Shown: piece by piece, positions 37,704-47,283 of the stretch
How positions within the stretch are numbered: the stretch's first letter is position 1
Layout: each line of letters begins with the position of its first letter
From: Roseibacillus sp.
GTDB lineage: Bacteria > Verrucomicrobiota > Verrucomicrobiia > Verrucomicrobiales > Akkermansiaceae
DNA: 64,000 nucleotides
Assembly (NCBI GenBank): GCA_051251855.1
Contig: JBPOGI010000006.1
Coordinates: 224,001-288,000 of the forward strand
Direction of reading: 5' to 3'
Program-made: the position numbers and the translations under genes
Notes under the pieces: model-generated
What the model saw: only the letters and a program-made list of their open reading frames with translations
Told to the model about the DNA's origin: nothing
The model's database searches: none

Positions 37704-40499
37704 CTACTCCAGTGGAGTCGGGAATTCTTCTACAATGTAGAAAGCCTTGCTGTCTGCAGGCCGAGGAATGGATGCCGTGTTGGTGGGTGGGGTCGCTAAA
37801 ACATTCTCCTGACCAGACACCGCTGTCCATGTCGAAGGATCGGTGTTCAATGAAGTGCTTGCACGAAGAGTGTAAGACATTCCGGCAAGACTTTCCCAAC
37901 TGAAATCAAGGTCGGTGCCGTTGGCTGCATTTTCGATACAGAGCAACAAGGGGTCGGTGCTAATGATACCCGTACCTCCCACAATTTGGAATCCGCTGAT
38001 CGCGCCGCGGCCACCATCAGGAGAAGTAATTTCGAGGGTGAAGCTGTCCGCAGAGAGACCTTCGATGAGGGTGAAGTTCGAATAACCGGCTCCGTCTTCC
38101 ATGCCATCAGTGAAGACGTAGACTCCATCGAAGGTGTTGTTGATCACGCTTGGGTCGTCGTCCTCCACAAAGGTTGTAAGTGGGCTGCCGCCGGAAGGCG
38201 TGAGAGTGAAAATGCTCTGTCGGGTATTGTTTCCAACTCCACCACCACGACGGTCGCTGTCGCTGTAGATGATGACGGTGTAGCCGCCGCTTGTGTAGTC
38301 CGTGCCGAGGCCGGTGACGTTAACTAAAGCTGCATCGGCCGGAGTGCCGTCACCGTTAGGACCATTCAAGGCGAGGTAGGAGTTGAAGAGGTCATCGTCG
38401 TTGCCCGTAAGACCAAGCTCAAAGGCATCTGATGCTGCACTTGCGGCATGGCCGACAAAGTAGGTGCTATCGACTGAGGGGGCGATGGTGGCAGCAGTGG
38501 TATTGCCGGTGTCATCGATAAGAGGAGTTGATGGGAAAAGTGGCTCGAGAGCATGGGCAGCAGGAGAGCCCACGTTGATGTTATTCCAAAAGGAACCATC
38601 GACTGGAGCGAATCCCGCAGTCTCGCCGGTTTCCACCTGATGGTCTGACAAAGCGTCGGCATCCTCAGCATGGAAGTTGACACTGATCGTTGGTCCCGAT
38701 GGAACCGGTGGGTTCTCGGGAATGACGCCAACGGTCACGTCTGCGGTTGTCATGTTTCCGCCGGAGTCGGCTGCGGTGAGAGTGAAAGTCGTGGTCTCGG
38801 TGAGGTTGGTAATCACGATTGAGGTTTGGGCCGAGACGTCGACGCTTCCTAGGTCCAAAGTGAGAGTTGAGAAGTCCTCAGCAGTCCAACTCAGAGTGGT
38901 GTCATTTCCCGAAACGACAAGGGAGGGCGAGGCCTCAAAGGAACTCACTGTAGGGCCGACGACGACAGTGAACTCGGAATCCACCGAGGCGCTCGCGTTC
39001 GTTGCAATCAAAGTGTAGGCGGTAGTTGAGGCGGGAGAGACCGAAAATTCCGTCAGACTGGTGACATCGATGCCGCCGGGATTGAGGGTCAAGCTTGTGA
39101 AAGTCGCCACGTCCCATTCTAAGAGGGTGGAATCGCCAAGGCCGATATTGGGCTCAAGGGTATCGAAAAAGATAATGTCCGGGGTGACGATGATTTCGAT
39201 GGTGTCCTGAACCATGGCAGCTCCGTTGCTCGCGATCAGGGTGTAGGTGGTGGTCTCGGTTGGGAACACGTCCCATGTGGTGAGACCGGTGACATCCTCA
39301 TTCCCCGGGTTCAAGGTGAGGCTGGTGGCATTGTCGACATCCCAACTTAAAGCAGAAAATTGCGTCGAAGTAATCGAAAGGGGGGAGCCCGACAGAGAGT
39401 TGATACGCGGTCCCACTAAAACCTCAAGAGTCTGCGAGTTGGAGGTCGTTCCGTCGCTCGCGGTAAGGGTGTAGGTGGTGGTTACGGTTGGGTTCACCGT
39501 CAAGGTTGTGAGTCCAGTGACATCGGTTGCCCCAGGGTCGAGCGTGAGAGTGGTGGCATTTTCAGAAGTCCAGCTCAGCATCACCGGATCTCCCGAGCTA
39601 GTTTGAGTGACATCGGCAGTGAACGAAGTGACGACCGGAGCCCCTGTGATAGTGAGAACAAGGTCAATGCCTGTTTCGCTATAAACCACCTCGGTACTGA
39701 AGCTTCCGAAGCCGGTAATGCTCTCTGTGAATTCAGTCGCGTCTGTGCGAGAACCATATACGAGGAGAGGAATGGTGGCGATGCCGCCTGTGTAGGAGGA
39801 GCCGTCAATGGTGAGAGCGGCTCCAGTCTGAAGGAGTAGGTTGCCCGTGGTATCGATGGCATCGACTCCAGTAGCGCCGAGAGTGAAATCAAGGATAGCG
39901 CTTGAGCGGAGCTCCAGTCCGCTTCCATTCACCGTGATCGTGGCTGAATCTCCCGTGATCGCAAAGGTGGAGTCGAAATCGCCGACCCCAAGATCTCCTC
40001 CGATATTGAAGGTTCGGTTGGCATTGTTGAACCCGACGGAAAGGGCTGCGGTCCCGGAAAGATTGTAGGACGAAGTGCCTCCGGTTGCGTTGCCACTCAT
40101 ATCGATGCCGCCGATATTAAACTCTCCAGCCGAATGATTGATCGTCGAGCCGTCCCCAGCAACCCCGCGACCCACGTTGATGTTATTATTCACGGTGAGG
40201 GCACCGCCATCGTTATCAATATTGAAGGTATGGCCTGCGCGTACATTGAGAGCGCTGGCTATGCTGGGGGTGACTCCTCCCGATAAATCTGTTTCGCCTG
40301 TGCCACCGCCTTGTAATATTCCCGAGTCGTTGTTGTCAGGAACATCGTTCCCAGACCAGTTTGCGGTCTCGTTGTAGTTGGTGTCGGTGCTGCCGTTCCA
40401 AGTCCGAGTTGCGGCATGGGCGTTGGGGGTAGCCAACAGGGTGAGGCTCCATGCCGTCGAGAGGCAGAGAGCTTTCTGGTAAAAGAGGGATGTTTTCAT
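37704..40499 (-). CDS. Large secreted non-catalytic paralog of the adjacent sulfatase N-terminal region
   Basis: Signal peptide; near-identical N-terminal domain (RTWNGST..PDNNDSGIL..FNIGGDLGVGDFDSTFAI); four TTYTL-type repeats; shared ISVNFHA..YSDSDRR..GRGAISGFQ domain; no sulfatase motif. Confidence 0.85.
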   Translation of the reverse strand: MKTSLFYQKALCLSTAWSLTLLATPNAHAATRTWNGSTDTNYNETANWSGNDVPDNNDSGILQGGGTGETDLSGGVTPSIASALNVRAGHTFNIDNDGGALTVNNNINVGRGVAGDGSTINHSAGEFNIGGIDMSGNATGGTSSYNLSGTAALSVGFNNANRTFNIGGDLGVGDFDSTFAITGDSATITVNGSGLELRSSAILDFTLGATGVDAIDTTGNLLLQTGAALTIDGSSYTGGIATIPLLVYGSRTDATEFTESITGFGSFSTEVVYSETGIDLVLTITGAPVVTSFTADVTQTSSGDPVMLSWTSENATTLTLDPGATDVTGLTTLTVNPTVTTTYTLTASDGTTSNSQTLEVLVGPRINSLSGSPLSITSTQFSALSWDVDNATSLTLNPGNEDVTGLTTWDVFPTETTTYTLIASNGAAMVQDTIEIIVTPDIIFFDTLEPNIGLGDSTLLEWDVATFTSLTLNPGGIDVTSLTEFSVSPASTTAYTLIATNASASVDSEFTVVVGPTVSSFEASPSLVVSGNDTTLSWTAEDFSTLTLDLGSVDVSAQTSIVITNLTETTTFTLTAADSGGNMTTADVTVGVIPENPPVPSGPTISVNFHAEDADALSDHQVETGETAGFAPVDGSFWNNINVGSPAAHALEPLFPSTPLIDDTGNTTAATIAPSVDSTYFVGHAASAASDAFELGLTGNDDDLFNSYLALNGPNGDGTPADAALVNVTGLGTDYTSGGYTVIIYSDSDRRGGGVGNNTRQSIFTLTPSGGSPLTTFVEDDDPSVINNTFDGVYVFTDGMEDGAGYSNFTLIEGLSADSFTLEITSPDGGRGAISGFQIVGGTGIISTDPLLLCIENAANGTDLDFSWESLAGMSYTLRASTSLNTDPSTWTAVSGQENVLATPPTNTASIPRPADSKAFYIVEEFPTPLE

Positions 40500-40741
40500 G
40501 GTTTTTTGAGGTTTTGGGCGGACCTGCGATCCTAGATGGTGTGGTCACTCTTTCAAGATGGAAGAATCGCGAGACATTTCAGCCTACTAAAGATGACGTT
40601 TGGGGCAAAAGCGTTAACAAGATTGGTGAAAGAGAGACTATGTTTCAGATTCTGAAGTCTCTGATGAGGGCGGACGCTTCCAAAATCTGAAAAAAGTCCT
40701 TCTCGCTTTCTGTATAGCCCCCAGTTTTTAATCACGAAATC

Positions 40742-42253
40742 ATGAGAAATACCCCGAGCCGCTTAGGCCTTCTGCTAGCCTTCCTCTCAATCAGCTTTGC
40801 TTCCCTGCAAGCCGCCGAGACTCCGCCGAACATCGTCTACATCCTCGCCGACGACATGGGCTATGGCGACGTGCAATGCTATAACCCCGAGCGGGGAAAA
40901 ATTCCCACTCCGCACATGGACCGTCTTGCCGAGGAGGGGATGCGATTCACTGACGCTCATACTACCTCTTCTGTTTGCACTCCGACTCGCTATGGTATTT
41001 TGACTGGGCGATATAACTGGCGTACGCGCCTGCAACGCTCTGTTCTGTGCGGGTATAGCCCTCCGCTCATCAACCCCGAGCGCGCAACGGTCGCTTCTTT
41101 CCTCAAGCAACACGATTACACCACCGCCATCGTTGGTAAATGGCATCTCGGTCTCGGGTTGCCGTCTACTGATGGGGGGACGCTGAAGAAGGGTGCTAAG
41201 ACTGCTGAGAACATCGACTGGAGCGGGCGCATTGCGGGCGGCCCCATCGACCTTGGATTCGACTACTTCTACGGCATTTCGGCTTCCCTCGATATGCCGC
41301 CCTATCTTTACATTCTCAACGATCGCTTTGTTGGCGAAGGCACGGCCACGAAAGCCTTTCATCGCAAAGGCGCGGCTGAGCCTGATTTTGAGGCTGTCGA
41401 TGTCCTCCCTGAAATCGGCAACAAATCAGCCGAGTATATTGCGAAGCAGAAAGCAGACAAACCCTTCTTTCTCTATGTCCCGCTCGCCTCACCTCACACC
41501 CCGATTTTACCCTCCGAGGAATGGAAGGGGAAAACCGGTCTTGGTGATTATGCCGACTTCCAAATGCAGACGGACCACGTCATTGGTCAGATTGCGGATG
41601 CCATCGACGAGCACGGATTTGGCGAGAATACCCTCTTCATTGTGACCAGCGACAACGGCTGTTCGCCTCGGGCCGACTTTAAAGATCTTGAGAGCAAAGG
41701 GCACTTTGCGAGCGCACAATTCCGTGGAGCTAAGGCCGACCTTTGGGACGGCGGTCACCGCGTGCCTTTCATCGTTCGTTGGCCCGCCCAAGTGAAAGCG
41801 AATACCGTCTCCGACCAACTGATTTGCCAATCGGACCTCATGGCGACTTGCGCCGATATTTTGGGAGAGACCTTGGTTCCCGAAGCGGGTCCCGACAGTG
41901 AGAGCATGCTTCCTGCGCTCAAGGGTGAGACGGTTGTTTCGAAGCGCAACGGGATGATTCATCACTCTATTAGCGGGTCGTTCGCGTATCGCCATGGCAA
42001 GTGGAAGCTTCTCCTCACGAAGGGCTCGGGAGGTTGGTCGAAGGCGCCCAACGTCAAAGGAAGCCCCGAGGGTCAGCTTTACGACATGGAAGCCGACCCC
42101 GGCGAAACGAAAAACCTCTACGAAGAGAAGCCGGAGGTGGTTGCCAAGTTGATCGCTTTCCTTGAAAAAGACATCGCCGAAGGGCGCAGCACTCCAGGGC
42201 CCAAGCAATGCAACGATGCTGAAATCGTGATGTGGAAGGGTAAGAAGAAGTAG
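40742..42253 (+). CDS. Arylsulfatase (Cys-type)
   Basis: PNIVYILADDMG, CTPTR, GKWHLG and DGGHRVP motifs. Confidence 0.93.
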   Translation: MRNTPSRLGLLLAFLSISFASLQAAETPPNIVYILADDMGYGDVQCYNPERGKIPTPHMDRLAEEGMRFTDAHTTSSVCTPTRYGILTGRYNWRTRLQRSVLCGYSPPLINPERATVASFLKQHDYTTAIVGKWHLGLGLPSTDGGTLKKGAKTAENIDWSGRIAGGPIDLGFDYFYGISASLDMPPYLYILNDRFVGEGTATKAFHRKGAAEPDFEAVDVLPEIGNKSAEYIAKQKADKPFFLYVPLASPHTPILPSEEWKGKTGLGDYADFQMQTDHVIGQIADAIDEHGFGENTLFIVTSDNGCSPRADFKDLESKGHFASAQFRGAKADLWDGGHRVPFIVRWPAQVKANTVSDQLICQSDLMATCADILGETLVPEAGPDSESMLPALKGETVVSKRNGMIHHSISGSFAYRHGKWKLLLTKGSGGWSKAPNVKGSPEGQLYDMEADPGETKNLYEEKPEVVAKLIAFLEKDIAEGRSTPGPKQCNDAEIVMWKGKKK

Positions 42254-42285
42254 TTTAATCACTTCGACTTCAATTGACTTATCTC

Positions 42286-43221
42286 ATGAAAAACTCTGTT
42301 TTGAAAACTAGCAAAAGGCTTACTGAGAATATGGGGTTAGCGATTTCTTTCATCTTTCTAACAAGTTCTATTATCCAAGCGGAAGAGGTAAGGGCGCTTC
42401 CGGTGACGAAGGGGTTGGTCTTGGACCTTAATGCCAACACGGGAGTCGAAACCGAAGACGGTGATCGAGTGAAGGCTTGGCGCAATCAAGTAAAGGGGAG
42501 TGTCGCCGACGTCTTTGTGAAACAAGATGAGGGTCGCAAAGTTGCTGGCTCTGGGCGGCCCACTCTGAAGGAGAATGTTTCCGATCTCGGCGGTCACAGC
42601 GCGCTCCTTTTTGAAGAGCAGGAACTGATTAATCATCATGAGGACGCCTTTGACCATCTGGTGACAGGGAGTGGCTACACTTGGTTGTCAGTGATGTCGG
42701 TGACCAAGCAACACGTCGGGAAGAAGGATGTGAATTCTTTCTTCGGTAATCTTCGCAACGGTCATCCCTACGATGGTTTCTGGGGGAATTTGATGGATGA
42801 TAATCGCGTCTGGATGGGGACTCGCAATGGCCTTGCGCCTCAGCCCGACGGCAAAGGAAAACGCAAGAAGCCCGGCCTCTGGGATGAGGAACTCAATCCT
42901 TGCGTGGTAAGCGCCGAACCGATTGAGGAAGACCGTTTTTATCTCGTCATGGGGCGCATGGGTGCGGGGCAAGAAGAGGTCGATTTGGAGCTGTTCCTCA
43001 ACTCAACAACTCCCGTCGTTCAAAAGCCGGTGCCAGTGAATCCCGAGGCCAACCCTTCCAAGATGGCCATCGGCCAAGAACGCGATGCCATCAACCATCC
43101 GGGCAAAGAGTCTTTCCATGGACAGATGGCCCGCTTCCTCATCTTCGAACGTCCGCTGAGCGACGCGGAGTTGGGAGAGATGAGCCAGTTCTTAGCGAGG
43201 CTTTATCGGCTGAAAAAATAG
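42286..43221 (+). CDS. Secreted hypothetical protein, LamG/concanavalin-like fold likely
   Basis: GLVLDLNANTGV..VKAWRNQ and FHGQMARFLIFERPLSDAE motifs; start uncertain. Confidence 0.65.
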   Translation: MKNSVLKTSKRLTENMGLAISFIFLTSSIIQAEEVRALPVTKGLVLDLNANTGVETEDGDRVKAWRNQVKGSVADVFVKQDEGRKVAGSGRPTLKENVSDLGGHSALLFEEQELINHHEDAFDHLVTGSGYTWLSVMSVTKQHVGKKDVNSFFGNLRNGHPYDGFWGNLMDDNRVWMGTRNGLAPQPDGKGKRKKPGLWDEELNPCVVSAEPIEEDRFYLVMGRMGAGQEEVDLELFLNSTTPVVQKPVPVNPEANPSKMAIGQERDAINHPGKESFHGQMARFLIFERPLSDAELGEMSQFLARLYRLKK

Positions 43222-43249
43222 GAGGAGAGAGCGTTCTTAAAGAGTGTTT

Positions 43250-44848
43250 CTACCTTCGGCTCACCTGAACATTTCTGAACATGGAGGGATTGTCGCTAAG
43301 ACGCAGCGGCTGTCCGCTTTCTGTAGTGACGTCCTTGAGGATGGCCTGTTGAGTGAGCGTGTAGGGATATTTTTCCTTGTAGGAGTCATTGGTCAGCTTC
43401 GGATTGAAGTTCGCGAAGATAGTAGTGCTTTTCTCGTCTTTCGATGTCTTGGAGTCGACGATCTTGAGCTTGTCTATGAAGATGCGCGAGGGCATGTGGC
43501 AGGGGTAGCCGAAGTCGTGCTGCCCGTCGTTGAAGCCCGCTAGTAGACTTGCGCCCGAACTTTTTCCGCTTAGGACGAATTGACAATTGCGGACCGTAAT
43601 ATCTCCATTCCAAGTGCTGCCATAGTCCGAGCGCAGGTCGATGAGGTTTCGGCTCGTTACGGTGGTGTTCTCCATGAGAAAACTACCGCCGCCCGTGAGC
43701 TTGACTCCCATGTAGCCGATAGTGGAGTTGCGGATCGTGGCGTTGGTCACTCCCTGATGGGCGTCGAAGCGGGAAAGAGAACAGTTGTCGAAGGTGAGAT
43801 TCTTACAGAAGTTGGAGCCGACGATACCCCAATACTTGGAATCCATGATGTCGTTACTTTGGTGACAATTTAATAGGGTGACGTTCAACGCTCGGTTCAT
43901 GTTGATGTCATAGGAGCCCATGGCCACTTCCTTGCCTGCGTTACCTGTTTTTCTGTAGGTCTTGTGACCGGTTAGGATGGTGTTTTTCACCACGACATGG
44001 GCGCATTGAGCAATATCAAGAAACCCGCGGTAGGGCGCGCCAGTCGGACCTTCGCCCTTGATGAGGTGAACGAGTCCATCGACCGTCACATTGGAGCGAC
44101 GGATGGCAATCCCTCTCGCGTAATAATCGGTAACGTCAGAAGCATTGGCGATTGTGGTGAATTCTCCCCCGGTGATAAAGAGTGCTTCCTTATCGATAGG
44201 CAGCGCCTCAATTTTGGAGATGTGGTTGAAGTCCCAGATGATGGGGGTCTTGGGATCCACCTTCCCATTGTTGTCCACGAGGAAAACATCGGTCTGCGAG
44301 GAACCGTTATTCTGGTTTCGGCCACGGCGGATAAAGCGTTTGACCTTCGAGTCGGTGACCGTGACGACACAAGAGGCCGGAAGCCCCACGTCAATCGCGG
44401 GTTGGTTCTGCTTCAGGGATTCGATTGTCTTGAGATTGAGAGGCTTGAACGTGGAATTTACTGAGAAGAGATTCGCCCTGAAGTTTTCCAAGCTCGTATC
44501 GTCGATGATGAATTTCGCGGTCCCGAAATCGGTGGAGGTCTCGATGTTAATCGTTCGGTTCGCCCCGCCGAGGTAGTAAGTGACTCCGTCCTCCGCTCTG
44601 ACTGGAAGCTCGTTGGAATTGGCGAAATCATGAGCCTTGGCCAATGCCTCAAAATCGTCGGACTTCCCGTCGCCTATGGCACCAAAGTCGCGATATTTCA
44701 CGATGGTAATCTCTGGGCTTTGCTCGTGGCTTAGCTCTGTCTTGCCACTTGGTGGGTTGGCCCACAGCAAGCAATGGCTGGACAGCAAGATGACAAAGCT
44801 GACGAGGCCGTAGCTGACAGGGCGAGGGGAACGTATGGGTGCGAGCAT
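43250..44848 (-). CDS. Right-handed beta-helix carbohydrate-active protein (pectate-lyase-3/GH28-like N-terminus)
   Basis: YRDFGAIGDGKSDDFEAL motif; Asn/Cys-ladder beta-helix repeats; SRFDAHQG. Confidence 0.75.
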   Translation of the reverse strand: MLAPIRSPRPVSYGLVSFVILLSSHCLLWANPPSGKTELSHEQSPEITIVKYRDFGAIGDGKSDDFEALAKAHDFANSNELPVRAEDGVTYYLGGANRTINIETSTDFGTAKFIIDDTSLENFRANLFSVNSTFKPLNLKTIESLKQNQPAIDVGLPASCVVTVTDSKVKRFIRRGRNQNNGSSQTDVFLVDNNGKVDPKTPIIWDFNHISKIEALPIDKEALFITGGEFTTIANASDVTDYYARGIAIRRSNVTVDGLVHLIKGEGPTGAPYRGFLDIAQCAHVVVKNTILTGHKTYRKTGNAGKEVAMGSYDINMNRALNVTLLNCHQSNDIMDSKYWGIVGSNFCKNLTFDNCSLSRFDAHQGVTNATIRNSTIGYMGVKLTGGGSFLMENTTVTSRNLIDLRSDYGSTWNGDITVRNCQFVLSGKSSGASLLAGFNDGQHDFGYPCHMPSRIFIDKLKIVDSKTSKDEKSTTIFANFNPKLTNDSYKEKYPYTLTQQAILKDVTTESGQPLRLSDNPSMFRNVQVSRR

Positions 44849-44985
44849 GAGAAAAGGCGATGCCTGAACAGGTCCTAGTATACCGATGAACTGCGTTACC
44901 GATGAACTGCGGAGCGTCTTACAGTCCGATGGCGAAGCCTTCTCAATGAAGTGGTTAGCACTCTGGGGGGGCGAGGGCGGTCAAT

Positions 44986-45201
44986 TTAGTCTTTGAGTGA
45001 CCACGAGGGATCCGTCACTGAGCCTATGGATTGGCGTTCTTTTTTGAAAATGGCAAATCCGCTCGAGATGAGCCGCCGAACGGGCGTTCCGCTGTCAGGG
45101 TGTTCGGTTAGCTTGGGGGCGTTCATGCTCTGTTTGACCTCGAAGCGAACAGGGGCTTCATCGGCATTCAGTGGAATCGTCTCATATACGTATGTGGGCA
45201 T
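44986..45201 (-). CDS. FmdB-like small ribbon protein lacking cysteines
   Basis: MPTYVYE..FEVKQSM..LTEHP..G.PVRRLIS follows the FmdB pattern. Confidence 0.75.
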   Translation of the reverse strand: MPTYVYETIPLNADEAPVRFEVKQSMNAPKLTEHPDSGTPVRRLISSGFAIFKKERQSIGSVTDPSWSLKD

Positions 45202-45371
45202 TCTTCAATATGGCGACGATGCGCGCTCGGACACAACTCAATTTCAACCCGCATTAATCCCTAGGGTTCTCTGATTATAAGTTTTCTTGTTCAATGGCCT
45301 GCTGTTCTCAGATGCAGAGAGGTTTGGAGTGGCGAAGGAGGTTGGTGTAAATTTCCGTCTTTTGCTTCTGA

Positions 45372-46334
45372 ATGAGAACGTTACACTGCTGGAGGATGGA
45401 CGGATTCGACGCACCGTTTTTTGAGAGGCTCTGGTCGGCGTGTTATGCACGCTATCGGCGTCCGGTGGAGGGTGTCTTGCTGCCAGAAGAGGTGACTCAG
45501 GCGCAAGTGATGGAGCTGTGGGACCGTCTGTTGGCACGTTATCCAGAGTTGCCGGGCAAGCCTGCTTTTTCAGCAGCACTATTGGATGAAGCCTACGAGA
45601 CTTCTCGCCATCAAGTGAAGAGGGAGCGGGAAGAACAAGGGGATGTTCAGCTTCATCACGATCCAGAAGACCAGCGCTACCCATCCAACTTGAATCTCAC
45701 TCGTTTGCAGAAGCGGGATTTTGATGGCACCTCGTTTGGAGATAAGGAGTGGAGTGACCTTGTGCCATTCTTACGACCTTTCGGCTTTGCCGCCTTGGGG
45801 CGTAAGGGCCTGCGGGATCAGGATGCGGAGGATGTTTACATCGAGACGTTTGCGGAATTGCCCCGTCTCAAGGGCTCGGATCAACGAGCTCCGATCGAGA
45901 CCATCGTGGTCTTTGAGGAGGTGATTCCGCTCTTTACAAAGATGCTTCAGTTTCGAGCCATTGATTGGCGGCGGCGGCAGTCTTCCCTGAAGAATCAACC
46001 CAATACCCAACATTCCTATGAGGATTTGACGGAAGTAAGGGAGAATACGCGGCAATTTGAGGATAAGTCAGCGCGCGCCTTCGGAGACCCGAAGGATCTG
46101 ACTTTCGATCGCATTTATGAGCTTTGTGAGGATGAGTTGAGTCCGTTGGAGTGGGAGTTGGTTTTTGCGGTGCATGTGGGACAGACTCACACCATGGGCG
46201 AGTTGTTGGAGGAGGAGGAAATTCTCTCTAAATTGGATTTATCGCTAGCGGATTCGACGTCGAAAAAGAGGCGGATTCTGAATGAGCACTTGCACGGAGC
46301 ATTGCACAAATTGGCAAAAGTGCTGCAAAGTTGA
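45372..46334 (+). CDS. Putative atypical ECF-type sigma factor with N-terminal extension
   Basis: Region-2-like GLRDQDAEDVYIETF and RAIDWRRRQ; region-4-like LSPLEWELV and ALHKLAKVL; followed by a single-TM gene. Confidence 0.55.
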   Translation: MRTLHCWRMDGFDAPFFERLWSACYARYRRPVEGVLLPEEVTQAQVMELWDRLLARYPELPGKPAFSAALLDEAYETSRHQVKREREEQGDVQLHHDPEDQRYPSNLNLTRLQKRDFDGTSFGDKEWSDLVPFLRPFGFAALGRKGLRDQDAEDVYIETFAELPRLKGSDQRAPIETIVVFEEVIPLFTKMLQFRAIDWRRRQSSLKNQPNTQHSYEDLTEVRENTRQFEDKSARAFGDPKDLTFDRIYELCEDELSPLEWELVFAVHVGQTHTMGELLEEEEILSKLDLSLADSTSKKRRILNEHLHGALHKLAKVLQS

Positions 46335-46378
46335 AAACGAGGCCCCTAGGCTTCGGTTATGGATATATCCCCGAAATA

Positions 46379-46978
46379 ATGAAGAATTCCCCCTCAAACG
46401 AAACTCCTGAAGAATTAAAAGGTATTACCGAAGTTCTCGAAAAAAGCCTTAGGCCCAGCCGTGATGAGGAGGTTCCGCCTATGCCCGATGATTTGCGTGA
46501 ACGGCTGAAGAGTCAATATGGCGAGGAAGCTGCGGCGGTGCGGCCTTCCGCCCAAGCGGGCGAAGGAATTTGGGCAAAGCTGCAGAGTCTTTTTGCTCAG
46601 CCTGCCTTTTCGGGAAGCTTGGCGGCTTTGGTCCTTGTGGGGGTGTTGATGTCGTTATTGATGCGCTCGAATCCTGTGAAGCCAAATGAGTCGATGCGAG
46701 GAACGACCGAGGTTCCTACCCAGGCGGCGACCACGATTTTATTGTATCAACTCGATGACGAGCAGTTGGCGGCCATCGAGGAGAGTGGCTATTTCGAAAG
46801 CAAGTTGCTGCAGCGTGTAGATGATGAAGAACAGCTCACCGAGTTGATATCGCAGCCAGGAAGAAGCATCATCGTCGATGGCGCGGCTGGAGAGCTTCGT
46901 CATGAAGATGGTCGCGTCATGGCCTTGCCTGAGAATGAGGCGATTTCGGATGCGATTACCGATTTGTTGAGTGAGTAG
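46379..46978 (+). CDS. Single-pass membrane protein, putative anti-sigma factor
   Basis: VPPMPDDLRERL N-terminal helix and one TM helix (LAALVLVGVLMSLLM); directly downstream of the sigma-like gene. Confidence 0.55.
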   Translation: MKNSPSNETPEELKGITEVLEKSLRPSRDEEVPPMPDDLRERLKSQYGEEAAAVRPSAQAGEGIWAKLQSLFAQPAFSGSLAALVLVGVLMSLLMRSNPVKPNESMRGTTEVPTQAATTILLYQLDDEQLAAIEESGYFESKLLQRVDDEEQLTELISQPGRSIIVDGAAGELRHEDGRVMALPENEAISDAITDLLSE

Positions 46979-47002
46979 CTCGCCGTTCACCTCTCTTCTT
47001 GG

Positions 47003-47242
47003 GCGTCAGCGGTCACTGAATCGGTAGGGAGTGGCGGCCCGCCGCGCCGTTGTTATCCATTGAATGGTATGCGGCTTTTTCTCGTAGCTAAGGAAACGTC
47101 TTTGGAAGGATTGCCAACCCTTTGTGGCGATCTTCCGCTTGGGACGAAGGTGTCAGTCCATTTGGAAAAGTGGCCAAAATCTCAATGAATAATTTGGGCG
47201 GACCGAGCCGTGCAGCCCTACCGGTTCAGTGACCGCTGACGC
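47003..47242. repeat. REPIN/MITE-like element with ~61-bp terminal inverted repeats
   Basis: GCGTCAGCGGTCACTGAATCGGTAGGG (47003-47029) matches the reverse complement of 47216-47242 at 26/27; similarity extends to TTATCCATTGA / TCAATGAATAA. Confidence 0.75.
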
Positions 47243-47283
47243 GCGAGATGAGGGTATGATTCCCATCCCATGAGAAATTTGAA

